This document shows positions 46,597 to 57,211 of a DNA stretch of 64,000 bases, piece after piece. The first letter of the stretch is position 1, and every line of letters starts with the position of its first letter. The notes under the pieces are model-generated. The model saw only the letters and a list, made by a program, of their open reading frames with translations. It did not search any database and was not told the DNA's origin. The stretch comes from Candidatus Kerfeldbacteria bacterium RIFCSPLOWO2_02_FULL_42_19 (GTDB lineage: Bacteria; Patescibacteriota; Patescibacteriia; HO2-48-17). The DNA lies in NCBI GenBank assembly GCA_001818315.1, contig MHKF01000018.1:325-64324 (forward strand), written 5' to 3'. The translations under genes were made by a program, and so were the position numbers.

Positions 46597-48080
46597 ACTT
46601 GCGGCTTGATACCATGCAACAAAGTCTGGCCAAAAATACAACCTTACTGACTGCAGCATTTGCTTTTCAGAAAATTCTGTCTTTTTTTTATTTTACCGCC
46701 ATCGCTCGCAGTATCGGCGAAGAGAATCTTGGTAAATATGGGTTCGCTCTCACGTTTACCTCGATCTTTGTTATTTTTATGGATTTTGGTTTGGGGCCAA
46801 TTTTAACTCGGGAAGGCGCTAAAGATGAACGTACGCTTGGAGAAAATCTTCGTCGCATTGTTGCATTGAAACTTTTTCTTACCTTTTTCTCACTTATTGC
46901 TTTAGTATTGACGTTGTGGATCTACCATGAGATCAAGCCTGTTCCAGTTGATACGCGACTTTTAACATACCTCGCGATTGGTATCATCATCTTTGATACT
47001 TTTACTTTCACATTTTTTTCAATTTTTCGAGCAAGGCAGCGTCTGCAATACGAGGCGCTTGGTATTATGATTTATCAGGCGTTGATTGTCACAGCTGGAC
47101 TTTTTGTAATTTATTCTCATCTTCCGCTCTATGCTTTGATTCTGGCGATTCTTCTTGGGAGTATGTTTCAATTTACGTATTCGTTATTACTCGTAAAGTG
47201 GAAAGCGAAACTTTCTGTATGGCCGCACTTTGATTTTGGAACATTTAAAAAATTTATTTTCCTCGGCGCGCCTTTCGCGCTTGCAGGAATTTTTTTTAAA
47301 CTCAACGGATCCATTGATACGGTGATGTTGCACGGTTTGGCTGGCGAACGCTATGTTGGTTGGTATCTGGTAGCGCTGAAACTCACCACAGCTTTGACAG
47401 TGTTACCAGGGGCTTTTGCTACTGGTTTTTTTCCAGCAATGAGTCATTATTATCAACATGCTCGAGAAAAAATGGCTACGCTCTTTGAGCATTCTATGTT
47501 TTACCTCATGGTCATTAGTCTCCCGATCACTTTTGGAGTTCTGGTGATTGCTGATCGGATCATCCTCACTGTCTATGGGCCTGCTTTTGAAGCTTCGATT
47601 CAGGCATTGCAGATTTTTATTTCGAGTCTCTTATTTGTCTTTTTGAATTACCCTGTTGGTAACCTACTCAATGCAGCAGATAAACAAATGCGTAATACCG
47701 TACATATGGGGATTGCATTGTTCGTGAATATCATTTTGAATATTATGCTTATACCAAAATATACCTATATCGGTGCAAGTTTTGCCGCGCTCGCAACCCA
47801 TATAGTACTCATCCTTTTGGGTTTGCCGGTCGTATATCGCATTGTTCGTTTTCGTGTGCGATATCTTATCGATAAGCTGCTCCGTGTTTTTACTGCCGCC
47901 AGTATTATGGGAGTGTGTCTTTTTGTCATCGAACCTTATTTTTCTTTTTCTTTCGGTTTAATCTTTCTTATTTTTGTCGGTGCTTTTGTATACGCCATCG
48001 CACTTTTTTTAGTGCGCGCATTTTCGTTCGATGAACTTCGTTTTCTGTACTCTATTGCCTTAAGAAAAAAAGCGGTATGA
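46581..48080 (+). CDS. Wzx-like polysaccharide flippase (MOP superfamily)
   Basis: 499 aa with 12-14 TM helices, directly upstream of glycosyltransferases. Confidence 0.55.
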   Translation: MVEALNLRLDTMQQSLAKNTTLLTAAFAFQKILSFFYFTAIARSIGEENLGKYGFALTFTSIFVIFMDFGLGPILTREGAKDERTLGENLRRIVALKLFLTFFSLIALVLTLWIYHEIKPVPVDTRLLTYLAIGIIIFDTFTFTFFSIFRARQRLQYEALGIMIYQALIVTAGLFVIYSHLPLYALILAILLGSMFQFTYSLLLVKWKAKLSVWPHFDFGTFKKFIFLGAPFALAGIFFKLNGSIDTVMLHGLAGERYVGWYLVALKLTTALTVLPGAFATGFFPAMSHYYQHAREKMATLFEHSMFYLMVISLPITFGVLVIADRIILTVYGPAFEASIQALQIFISSLLFVFLNYPVGNLLNAADKQMRNTVHMGIALFVNIILNIMLIPKYTYIGASFAALATHIVLILLGLPVVYRIVRFRVRYLIDKLLRVFTAASIMGVCLFVIEPYFSFSFGLIFLIFVGAFVYAIALFLVRAFSFDELRFLYSIALRKKAV

Positions 48081-49246
48081 AGCGAACGTTGCTTGTGACT
48101 CTTGATTTTCCGCCGCACATTGGTGGAGTAGCGCGCTATTATGATCAGTTATCGCGTCATCTTCCAAGCGATTTTTTTCTGGTGTTCGCGCCTTCTGTTT
48201 CAGACGCACATGAAGTTTCGGCACAAAGAGCATATGATCAACACGTGACGTTTCGTGTTCTTCGCGGTAGATTTTTTTGGAAATGGATGTGGCCGCATTG
48301 GTTGCCATTGCTCTGGCGCGTTGGGTGTGTCGTTCGTAAGGAGCACATCGAGCACGTTCTTGTTGGACAGATTCTTCCTGTCGGCACGGTGCTCTGGTTA
48401 TTGAATTTGATTTCGAGCATTGGTGTATTTCCTGTATTTTCTTATACTGTGATGACGCACGCGATGGATGTGATGCTTGTGCATCAAACACCGCGAAAGA
48501 AATGGCTCGCGAAGCATATACTTGCCAACGCGCACTCAGTGACGAGTGTCAGTACTTTTACAAAAGAGTACCTACAGCGTTTCGGTGTTGTTGAAAATCG
48601 ATTGCATGTGCTCCCGCCGGGTGTCTCTACGTCCATGTTTGGATCGTCCACATCGCGAAGCGATATCCGAAAAGAGATGCAATGTGAAGATGCCTTTTTG
48701 TTACTTTCTGTTGGACGACTTGTCGAACGGAAAGGATATGATAGGGTGATTCAAGCACTTTCTGCACTCTCTGGTCGTTATCCTCATATTCATTACCTGA
48801 TTGTTGGTGCTGGACCGTATGAAACTGCTTTACGAGCTCTTGTTGTACGTACAGGTTTAGTGAATCGTGTGCATTTGATAGGGCAAGTGTCTGATAATAA
48901 CCTTCCGAGTTATTATGCAACATGTGATGTTTTTATTTTACCGACAAGAGTCCTTGATGCTGGTAAGGATGTCGAAGGATTTGGTATTGTATTTTTAGAG
49001 GCCGCTTCTTTTGGTAAGCCTGTTATTGCCGGCAATACTGGCGGGGTTACGGATGCTGTGATTGATGAAGTGACAGGACTCTTGGTTGATCCAGAAAATA
49101 TTTCACATCTTGCAACGGCTATCGAGCGTCTCTATACAAATCCAGTATTGCGCAGTCGTTTTGGCGAAGCAGGGAAGAAACGTGTGCAAGAGCAATTTCA
49201 GTGGCCTACGATTGCTAAAAAATTTGAGGCACTATTGTCTTCGTAA
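48077..49246 (+). CDS. GT4-family glycosyltransferase
   Basis: 'EGFGIVFLEAASFGKPVIAGNTGGVTD'. Confidence 0.85.
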   Translation: MKRTLLVTLDFPPHIGGVARYYDQLSRHLPSDFFLVFAPSVSDAHEVSAQRAYDQHVTFRVLRGRFFWKWMWPHWLPLLWRVGCVVRKEHIEHVLVGQILPVGTVLWLLNLISSIGVFPVFSYTVMTHAMDVMLVHQTPRKKWLAKHILANAHSVTSVSTFTKEYLQRFGVVENRLHVLPPGVSTSMFGSSTSRSDIRKEMQCEDAFLLLSVGRLVERKGYDRVIQALSALSGRYPHIHYLIVGAGPYETALRALVVRTGLVNRVHLIGQVSDNNLPSYYATCDVFILPTRVLDAGKDVEGFGIVFLEAASFGKPVIAGNTGGVTDAVIDEVTGLLVDPENISHLATAIERLYTNPVLRSRFGEAGKKRVQEQFQWPTIAKKFEALLSS

Positions 49247-49275
49247 TCGCTCATATCGCGCAGTACGTCTCATAT

Positions 49276-50409
49276 ATGTTGCAAAATTCGATTGATATTG
49301 TCATGTTTGGCATGTCTGCTGCTTTTGAATGGGAGCAGGGATTTCGTAATCGGAATTTTTTTATTCTCCAAGCGCTCCTCAAGCATCCACGTGTTTCCCG
49401 TATTATTTTGGTTGATTTTGTGCCACCGACACTCAAGCGCGCACTGAAAGAATATTATTATGCGAAACTATTTCAGGGCGCAGGCGCTCTCTTACGCGGT
49501 TGGAATTTTCGTTGCACCCAAGCAAAACAGAATTTATATGTTTATTCTGGCATTTCGCATAAACCTTTAGTCAAGGTACTCACGCATTTAGGTATTCAGC
49601 GTCCCGTTCTTTGGTCATATAATCCGCTCGTTGTTGATTATCTTGCCGATATTCCGCATTCATTTTTTGTATTCGACGCAGTAGACAATTGGAGTGTACA
49701 CTCGGCGTATCGCAAGCACGCGAAAGAGCTTGTAAAAAATTACGATGTGATTCACAATGACGCTGATGTTATTTTTACGGTGGCTCCAGAATTGCGCAAT
49801 GTATTTCGTGGACATACACAAGTGCACTGGATTCCGAACGGCGTTGACTTTGCGCATTTTTCTACTCCCCGAGCAGTCCCACAGGATTTAGCCTCTATTC
49901 CTCACCCTCGTCTTGGCTATACCGGCGTCATTCAAGATCGCTTTGATGTCGCATTACTTTCACACGTTGTCGCGGAAAGACCAGATTGGCATTTTGTGTT
50001 GATTGGAGACGTTTGGCCTGATGCTCATATTGAATCACTACGAAAATACCCTCATGTTCATTTTTTTGGAAGAAAAACGTATGATATATTGCCGGCGTAT
50101 CTTCAGCATATTGATGTTGGTATCGTGCCGCATAAAGTGAATGCCTTCACGCAGACGATGAATCCACTCAAGATATATGAGTATCTCGCCTGTGGAAAAC
50201 CGGTCGTGAGCACGCCGGTTGCTGGAACGGAAATGTTCGCACACTATGTGAGTTGTGCTCCTACCGCTCAACAGTTTCAACATGCTCTTACGGAAGCTTT
50301 GCGTGATGATTCTATTGAACGTGTGCAACAACGACAAGCGTTCATGCGTGCACATACTTGGGAAAATCGCGTGCAGAGGATGTTTGCTATTATGGATACA
50401 GTGCATTAA
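49276..50409 (+). CDS. Glycosyltransferase (GT4-like)
   Basis: 'KIYEYLACGKPVVSTPVAG'. Confidence 0.6.
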   Translation: MLQNSIDIVMFGMSAAFEWEQGFRNRNFFILQALLKHPRVSRIILVDFVPPTLKRALKEYYYAKLFQGAGALLRGWNFRCTQAKQNLYVYSGISHKPLVKVLTHLGIQRPVLWSYNPLVVDYLADIPHSFFVFDAVDNWSVHSAYRKHAKELVKNYDVIHNDADVIFTVAPELRNVFRGHTQVHWIPNGVDFAHFSTPRAVPQDLASIPHPRLGYTGVIQDRFDVALLSHVVAERPDWHFVLIGDVWPDAHIESLRKYPHVHFFGRKTYDILPAYLQHIDVGIVPHKVNAFTQTMNPLKIYEYLACGKPVVSTPVAGTEMFAHYVSCAPTAQQFQHALTEALRDDSIERVQQRQAFMRAHTWENRVQRMFAIMDTVH

Positions 50410-50428
50410 CTTTTTTTTTAAAAGTGAT

Positions 50429-51235
50429 ATGCGTGTGTCAAAATATGTTACGCTGTTTCAGCTGACTTGGCAGGAATACTTGGCATATAGAATGAATTTT
50501 GCGCTGGAAGTATTCGGTTCGATTTTTCTGATCCTGGTTACGACCCTGGTATGGAAAACACTCTTTTCTACTCAAGGGTCCTTGATTGCAGGTTATTCGG
50601 AACATGAAATGATCACCTATGTTGTTGGTGCAGGTATGATTTCTTCGCTTCTGCTTTTAACTGCGCAAGGTGATGATATTAATGATGATATTCAGCAAGG
50701 CAGGCTTTCGGTACTGCTCTTGAAACCGTTTCATGCGACCGTGTATTGGTTGATTCGAGATATGTGTAGAAAATCTCTCACATTTATTATTGGCATTGTT
50801 GGGTATAGTGTGGTATTTCTTTTGTATCATGATATACTTTTTTTCCCAACTTCACTTTGGCAATTTGTGCTCTTTTTGGTATTTTTGTTCGTTGCTTCCC
50901 TTTTACATTACGGATTTTTTTATATTTTGAGTATTCTTAGTTTTTGGATAGATCAGACATGGGGATTTCGATTCGTCATGCGTGTTGTGATGGAAATTGC
51001 TGCCGGCGCTCTTATTCCTTTGAATCTTTTTGCTCCGCTGTGGCAGAAAATTTTTAGCGCTCTTCCGTTTCAATTTTTTGCATATGTGCCTATGCAAGTG
51101 TATATCGGAAAAGTTTCGTATTCACAGGCCTTTCTTTTATTAGGAGAGGGCATTTTGTGGCTTGGAGGCATTGCTATGATAGGGTATATCCTGTGGCGTA
51201 AAGGAATTCGCTTATACACAGCTCAAGGAAATTGA
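50429..51235 (+). CDS. ABC-2-type transporter permease, paralog A1
   Basis: Polytopic. 'LAYRMNFALEVFGSIF' N-terminus is typical of ABC-2 permeases. Resembles the permease at 52037. Confidence 0.55.
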   Translation: MRVSKYVTLFQLTWQEYLAYRMNFALEVFGSIFLILVTTLVWKTLFSTQGSLIAGYSEHEMITYVVGAGMISSLLLLTAQGDDINDDIQQGRLSVLLLKPFHATVYWLIRDMCRKSLTFIIGIVGYSVVFLLYHDILFFPTSLWQFVLFLVFLFVASLLHYGFFYILSILSFWIDQTWGFRFVMRVVMEIAAGALIPLNLFAPLWQKIFSALPFQFFAYVPMQVYIGKVSYSQAFLLLGEGILWLGGIAMIGYILWRKGIRLYTAQGN

Positions 51236-52050
51236 TTATCAATATGCTCGCAAAGACCTTGCTGAAATATTTTCATCTTTTTGTACTGTTTGGAAAAATC
51301 AGTATGATGAACCAGATAGCTTCGCGTCTGACCTTTGTCGTTGCTGTGATTGGAAAAATTATTCGCAGTGCGCTTTTAGTAGTATTTTTTCAGGCTCTTT
51401 TTTTGCACGTTTCATCGTTTGCGGGTTGGAGTTTTCCGGAAGTTTTACTTCTTATTGCTGTGTACTTGACGGTCGAATGGGCTGTGATTGTAACCTTTCA
51501 CCGGAATTTAGCCTACTGGTTTCCGAAGACGCTTCTCGATGGAAGTTTTGATTTTATACTCACGAAACCGCTCAGTCCCTTATTTTATTCGAGCTTTCGT
51601 ATTGTGGATTGGTTTGATATTGTGAGTGTACCTCCCATTGTGTTGTTGTGGGTGTATGTTTTGTCTCGGTTTCCCTGGTCATTGCAAGTTCAGGATATTG
51701 TGCTTTTTGTAGTTTTTCTGTTGCTTGCTATTCTATTTTATTTTGCACTTTTGCTTATGATTGCTTCTACAGCTTTTTGGACGATTCATGCAACGGGTGT
51801 TGGGCGATTTTTGGAAAATATTTTTCGTGCGGCACGATATCCTACGAGTTCTTTTCGAGGAGTTTTTCGTATTGTATTTCTTTTTGTTATTCCTCTTGGT
51901 TTTGTCGCGACTTTGCCAGTGGAAGTTCTGCTTGCACGCAGCTCATGGTACTCTATGTCGTATATGATAGTATTCGTCGCATTTTTGCTTTTCTTGGCAA
52001 TTCGATTCTGGCGTTTTGCTCTGAAACATTATTCGAGTGCCAGTAGTTAA
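51232..52050 (+). CDS. ABC-2-type transporter permease, paralog B1
   Basis: Polytopic. Ends 'HYSSASS' like the permease at 52821. Confidence 0.55.
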   Translation: MIINMLAKTLLKYFHLFVLFGKISMMNQIASRLTFVVAVIGKIIRSALLVVFFQALFLHVSSFAGWSFPEVLLLIAVYLTVEWAVIVTFHRNLAYWFPKTLLDGSFDFILTKPLSPLFYSSFRIVDWFDIVSVPPIVLLWVYVLSRFPWSLQVQDIVLFVVFLLLAILFYFALLLMIASTAFWTIHATGVGRFLENIFRAARYPTSSFRGVFRIVFLFVIPLGFVATLPVEVLLARSSWYSMSYMIVFVAFLLFLAIRFWRFALKHYSSASS

Positions 52051-52840
52051 GTTTATGTTTTCGAAATACATTCACACAGCGAAACTTTCCATACAAAATC
52101 AAATTGTTTACCGTTTTAACATCACTGTTTTTGCGCTTAAAGAAGTTATTGTTGCGTTTGCGCTTATTATTTTTTGGCATGCAGTGTATCAGGATGGATT
52201 TACACTTGGTAATTTTTCGTTTCATTCGCTTGTCGTGTATTACCTTACCGTTGCCTTGATGCAACTCGCGAGTAGCGAAGGTATTGCCTGGAATCTGATT
52301 GAAGATATTCAGGAAGGTAACATTTTGAATTTTATTCTTAAACCCCTCCAGAGCATTTGGTTTTTTCTTGCGCGCACTATCGGCGGAAAGATCGGACAGA
52401 GTTTTTTCTTGTGGCCTCTTCTCGGGTTCATTTTTATTGGCTTTTGGTATTTTCATCTTGTGACGATGCTTTCAATCGTGGCTTTTTTTCTCTTTTTTAT
52501 CCTTGCGCTTCTTTTGAGCTATTTTACTTATTTTCTCATTGCTATCATTGCTTTTTATACTGAATCAAGTTGGGCTTTTATTCTTTTTTGGCATTTTATC
52601 TCCAGTTTTCTTGGCGGCGCTTTTTTACCTCTTGATGCTTTTCCACTTTGGCTGCAACATTTGAGTGCATTCCTTCCGTTTCAGTATTTATTTTATGTGC
52701 CGGCTCGTTTTCTTGCTGGCGACTTTGAAAATTTTTGGTTTGCACTTTTGATAGTGTTCGCTTGGATAAGTATCTTTGCATTACTCTCAAAGTTTTTGTG
52801 GCATATCGGCATAAAATCTTATGAAGCCTATGGCAGATAA
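52037..52840 (+). CDS. ABC-2-type transporter permease, paralog A2
   Basis: Polytopic. Likely start MFSKYIH at 52055. Confidence 0.55.
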   Translation: MPVVKFMFSKYIHTAKLSIQNQIVYRFNITVFALKEVIVAFALIIFWHAVYQDGFTLGNFSFHSLVVYYLTVALMQLASSEGIAWNLIEDIQEGNILNFILKPLQSIWFFLARTIGGKIGQSFFLWPLLGFIFIGFWYFHLVTMLSIVAFFLFFILALLLSYFTYFLIAIIAFYTESSWAFILFWHFISSFLGGAFLPLDAFPLWLQHLSAFLPFQYLFYVPARFLAGDFENFWFALLIVFAWISIFALLSKFLWHIGIKSYEAYGR

Positions 52841-53642
52841 GAAATCTTCTTTGCGACGTTATGTGCGAATCTTGTTTGCCTATATGCGTCTGTATCTTGC
52901 ACGACGAATGGCGTACCGGTTTGATTTTGTTTTGAATTTTATTTTGGCGGTTCTTTTTACGAGTATGTCACTCCTTTTTGTAACTTTTGTGTATCGCAAT
53001 GTCCCGGTTGTTGCCGGGTGGACGCGCGATGAAGCTTTGTTGATCGTTGCTTCCTATTCGATTGTGAATGGACTCGCGTGGATGTTTTGTTTCGGTGGAT
53101 TCTGGAATTTTGATCTGTTGCTTTCGACAGGAAAGTTCGATTCTTTTTTAGTGAAGCCTGCTCCGCCTATACTCCTTGTTGCTTTTTATCGTACAACGCT
53201 TGAAGATATCAGCGAGGTTTTGATTGGTGTTGTCCTTATCGCTCGGTATTATGTGCAGCATTCGGAACTCCATGTCTTTCCACATGTGTTCGGTGTTGCG
53301 CTGAGTTTACTATATGGCTTTATTATATATACAAGTGTTTTTGTGCTGGCGAAATGCTTGAGCTTTAAAAAAATTCAAAGTTGGTCTATGAATCGACTCG
53401 TGACGGATATGTTTGCGATAGGAAAATATCCTCAGAGTATTTTTCGTCAGACACTTTTACGTTTTACGACAACAGTCATCCTCCCGATTGCTTTTATTGG
53501 CACAGTACCCGCGAATTTTGTGAAAGGCGAGGGGACTATCGCGATTCTTCTTCTTGGCTTTGTGTTAACATGTATTTTTTTGTTTCTCACGCGCTTTGTG
53601 TGGCAGCGTTCATTGCGTGATTATTCAAGCGCCAGCAGTTAA
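52821..53642 (+). CDS. ABC-2-type transporter permease, paralog B2
   Basis: Polytopic. 'MAYRFDFVLNFILAVLF'. Ends 'DYSSASS'. Confidence 0.55.
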   Translation: MKPMADKKSSLRRYVRILFAYMRLYLARRMAYRFDFVLNFILAVLFTSMSLLFVTFVYRNVPVVAGWTRDEALLIVASYSIVNGLAWMFCFGGFWNFDLLLSTGKFDSFLVKPAPPILLVAFYRTTLEDISEVLIGVVLIARYYVQHSELHVFPHVFGVALSLLYGFIIYTSVFVLAKCLSFKKIQSWSMNRLVTDMFAIGKYPQSIFRQTLLRFTTTVILPIAFIGTVPANFVKGEGTIAILLLGFVLTCIFLFLTRFVWQRSLRDYSSASS

Positions 53643-53711
53643 AGTTTTAGCACAGACTCCCGCAATGCGCTTGCAGGAGTCTTTTTTGACTGCGATTTTG
53701 ATACTCGCGTT

Positions 53712-56078
53712 TTACGGTACTAATATCACGCGCCGTGTTACTCTCGTAAAGTCACTGGATTCGTTTGCTCGACGTCTGAGTTCAAAGACCATCGGTCGAC
53801 CTCGGTAGTCTTCTAATTTACAACTGTCAAATTCGAATGCTACCGTTTGATATCGCTCCCATTCATCTGTACCAAAATTTGTTGCATCGCTTTCGTTCGA
53901 AGCACAGATTTGAATAAGACCCCCGTCTTTCTTCGCTAAGCCGACTCGAAGTTGGAACTCTCCGGTGTCCTTTGGATCCAGGAGATTGAGTATCCAACTT
54001 TGCACAGGTACTTTCTTCAATTCACGTGTTTTGCTATACAATTCAGTATCACGGACAAACGGATAGGCGATATAGTAGAAAGAATTCAAGAATTTGCTTT
54101 CTTCGTGGACATACCTGCGCGGTGGAAGGAGCACAAGACCGTCTTCATTCACAACAACTTCTTTAAATATTTCGTTATTCCATTCATTGCGTTCTTTTAT
54201 GACATGGTCACTATCGAGTTGAACTTGCAAGAGGTTCCCGCCGGTTGTGAGTGCAGGATCTATTGCAGCGAATGTGAGTTGCTTCATACCGCGTGCCTTG
54301 AGCGTTTCGATAGTCTTCGTTATTTCTTTTTCACCTTTGATATTGAGTGTTATTGTGAAATTCGATGTTGCATTTTTGCTGGGATTCCATACTGCCATGT
54401 GGTATTGATATTGGTACTGTAAACTATTGATTGCGTTTTCATCCGGCACTTCCATTGCTTTTGTTTTGACTTGAACAATGCCATTTGAGAGAAGTTCTGG
54501 TAAAGCAGCTTTTTGTTGGAGGAATTTTTGTACATTCTTTAACGCTTTGCTTATTTTCGCAGACAGTGTTCCTTTTATATAGACAACATCATAATTAGCA
54601 GCGATATTTTTAAGCATGGACACTACGGTTCCTGGAGCCCAATCATCTGGTAATTCTGGACAGTACGTGCCCATTTGCGATGATTTCACACAGAATTTCG
54701 GCAAATACTCTCCTGGAGTCCAATCGTCTGGAATGTTTGTTCCAGGTGTCCAGCCATCAGGAAGCAGCGTGCCTGGTTCCCAATTATATTGATCAAGAAG
54801 TCCAGCAATGATCGCCCAAAGAGTTCCGAGATATTCACCAGCTTCCACGGTAAGTTCTTTTTTATCGAGCATCACGAAGGTAAAAGCTTTGTTATTTTTG
54901 GTATTGGCATCTGTGCCATTCTGCCATTCGAGAGAACCCAGCGCATTGATAAAGGCGTTAATTTCACCGGACCTAATTTGACCGTCACCGTTACTATCTA
55001 AAACAGGGAGGTTCAGTATTTTGTAACCTGACGGAGCCGTTACGGCAATAATATTACTATTCTTTATAAGATTTTTTGGCAGCGTGAACTGGAAGAAAGC
55101 CTTGCCACCAGCTGGGTAGAGAGTATCCGTTGTGCCTAATCTTGCGAAGAGTGCTTCGAGTGCCGCTTTTGCAGTTGGATAATCGTTGAGTGCTTCCAGC
55201 GCTTCATCTTTCCACGCTGACACTGCATCGGAATAATCAAATTCAATATCGAGACCGCTCTGGACTTTATTATTCACTTTCACTTCGAGGTTCGCAAAAT
55301 CACGCACGAGCGTACTCTGGCTGAGATTGATCACATATCCTGTAATCTCAAGGCCAGTGAGTTGGCTATCCTCATCAAGCTGCGGTATTGCTGTTAAGCC
55401 TTGGGTTGCAATATCCGGAGGATTGCTTGGCTGTTGTTGATCTTGATTGGGCTCTGGTGCTGTGACGGGAGCAAAAAGGATAACGTATTTGAGGTTGTTT
55501 GTTGTATTTTCGTCAGTAGCACTTGATCCGTCTGTTTTACTGAATGTTTTGTTCATAATCACGCTGGCAACAGCACCCGTTGTTTTATAGAACAAGCTTG
55601 GTTGGTTGAAGGAGAATTTTTTCTCTTCGCCAGGATTTAAAATACAATTCGTTGCTTCGGATTCTTCGTTGCACGAAAAACCTGCTTGCTTGCTGTATTG
55701 TTTGAGTATATCTGCAATTTCTTCATTAATTTTTCCAGCGTTTTGGAGAAAAGTAATCGTTGCTTCTTTCATATCAGGGAAGAGCTTGAGTTGCGTTGGT
55801 TTCACTACTACAGCTTCTGTTCCGCGATTCACAATTTTCCCTTCGATATTCAGAAGCACGAGACCATCTACTTCAAGTTTACTCGGAATTGCTGTAAGAT
55901 TTTCCACAGATACATCATATTTTGGCTGTTCATAGCTTACTTCTTCTGCGATGTTCTGTGTTGGCGCACGTTCAGCGCTGAGAGTTACTTGATTGCTACT
56001 CAAAAATAAGAAAACAAAAATTGCTAAAAAGGCGAATATTTTTTGCAAGTTTCTTTTGAAAGATTCTCGTCCGTACAT
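53712..56078 (-). CDS. Large secreted/cell-surface protein, function unknown
   Basis: 788 aa. N-terminal signal/TM 'IFAFLAIFVFLFLSS'. Confidence 0.5.
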   Translation of the reverse strand: MYGRESFKRNLQKIFAFLAIFVFLFLSSNQVTLSAERAPTQNIAEEVSYEQPKYDVSVENLTAIPSKLEVDGLVLLNIEGKIVNRGTEAVVVKPTQLKLFPDMKEATITFLQNAGKINEEIADILKQYSKQAGFSCNEESEATNCILNPGEEKKFSFNQPSLFYKTTGAVASVIMNKTFSKTDGSSATDENTTNNLKYVILFAPVTAPEPNQDQQQPSNPPDIATQGLTAIPQLDEDSQLTGLEITGYVINLSQSTLVRDFANLEVKVNNKVQSGLDIEFDYSDAVSAWKDEALEALNDYPTAKAALEALFARLGTTDTLYPAGGKAFFQFTLPKNLIKNSNIIAVTAPSGYKILNLPVLDSNGDGQIRSGEINAFINALGSLEWQNGTDANTKNNKAFTFVMLDKKELTVEAGEYLGTLWAIIAGLLDQYNWEPGTLLPDGWTPGTNIPDDWTPGEYLPKFCVKSSQMGTYCPELPDDWAPGTVVSMLKNIAANYDVVYIKGTLSAKISKALKNVQKFLQQKAALPELLSNGIVQVKTKAMEVPDENAINSLQYQYQYHMAVWNPSKNATSNFTITLNIKGEKEITKTIETLKARGMKQLTFAAIDPALTTGGNLLQVQLDSDHVIKERNEWNNEIFKEVVVNEDGLVLLPPRRYVHEESKFLNSFYYIAYPFVRDTELYSKTRELKKVPVQSWILNLLDPKDTGEFQLRVGLAKKDGGLIQICASNESDATNFGTDEWERYQTVAFEFDSCKLEDYRGRPMVFELRRRANESSDFTRVTRRVILVP

Positions 56079-56194
56079 AATTTTGTCTTTTTAAGACTTA
56101 AATGTGATTCACTATACATGATACATATTTTGTCTTTCTTACGCAACAGAATGATTTTCTTTACAGTTCAGCCCGATTTCTCTAGAATGCAGAC

Positions 56195-57208
56195 ATGTCA
56201 CAAGCTGTAATCTACGTGCAACATCTTTCCAAGCGTTACGAGTATTACAAAAAAGCTCCGGGGCTTCTTGCGTCGGTTAAAAGTATCTTTCATCGTGAAA
56301 AATTGTTTACAGATGCTGTAAAAAACGTTTCTTTTCAGATTGACACCGGAGAACTCGTTGGATTCCTTGGGCCGAACGGTGCTGGGAAGACGACAACACT
56401 CAAAATACTTTCTGGTATTTTGTATCCAACGAGCGGTGAGGTTCAGGTTTTGGGATATACTCCCTGGGAACGGAAACCTGTTTTTCAAAAACAATTTAGT
56501 CTTGTGATGGGGCAAAAAAATCAGCTTTGGTGGGATCTTCCAGCAATGGAAACATTCATTCTCAACAAAGAAATTTATGAAATTCCACAAAAGCTTTTTG
56601 ATCGCACAGTGAACGAACTTGGTCAGCTATTGGATATCATCGATATTCTTGAAGTTCCGGTGCGTAAACTTTCTCTTGGTCAACGAATGAAATGCGAGCT
56701 CGCTGCTGCACTTTTACATCAGCCAAAGGTGCTCTTTCTTGACGAGCCTACTATTGGACTCGATGTCACTTCCCAGCAAAATATTCGGAATTTTATAAAA
56801 CGCTATAACAAGGAAAAGCAAACTACTATTGTGCTGACCTCACATTATATGGATGACATAGTCGAATTATGCAAACGCGTGATCATTATTGATTTAGGTT
56901 CTATCGTCTATGATGGAAGTCTCGCTGAACTCATTGATCGTCATGCCGATTACAAACTTCTGAAGATTACTTTTACTGAAGACGTTTCCAAGGAACGCTT
57001 ACAAGCTTTTGGGAAGGTGAATGACTATACACCGAAAAGCGTGGTGTTACATGTTCCGAAAACTTCCTATAAATCTCTTGCAACAAAAGCACTTAAGGAT
57101 TTACCCGTCGATGATATTCTGATTGATGAAGTTGAACTCGAAGAAGTAATTCGTGATATTTTCGCTGCAACAAAAGAAGAAAAACGAACAAGCATTTCTT
57201 ATGAGTAA
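56195..57208 (+). CDS. ABC transporter ATP-binding protein
   Basis: Walker A 'GPNGAGKTT', signature 'LSLGQRMK', Walker B 'VLFLDEPTIGLD'. Confidence 0.9.
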   Translation: MSQAVIYVQHLSKRYEYYKKAPGLLASVKSIFHREKLFTDAVKNVSFQIDTGELVGFLGPNGAGKTTTLKILSGILYPTSGEVQVLGYTPWERKPVFQKQFSLVMGQKNQLWWDLPAMETFILNKEIYEIPQKLFDRTVNELGQLLDIIDILEVPVRKLSLGQRMKCELAAALLHQPKVLFLDEPTIGLDVTSQQNIRNFIKRYNKEKQTTIVLTSHYMDDIVELCKRVIIIDLGSIVYDGSLAELIDRHADYKLLKITFTEDVSKERLQAFGKVNDYTPKSVVLHVPKTSYKSLATKALKDLPVDDILIDEVELEEVIRDIFAATKEEKRTSISYE

Positions 57209-57211
57209 CTT

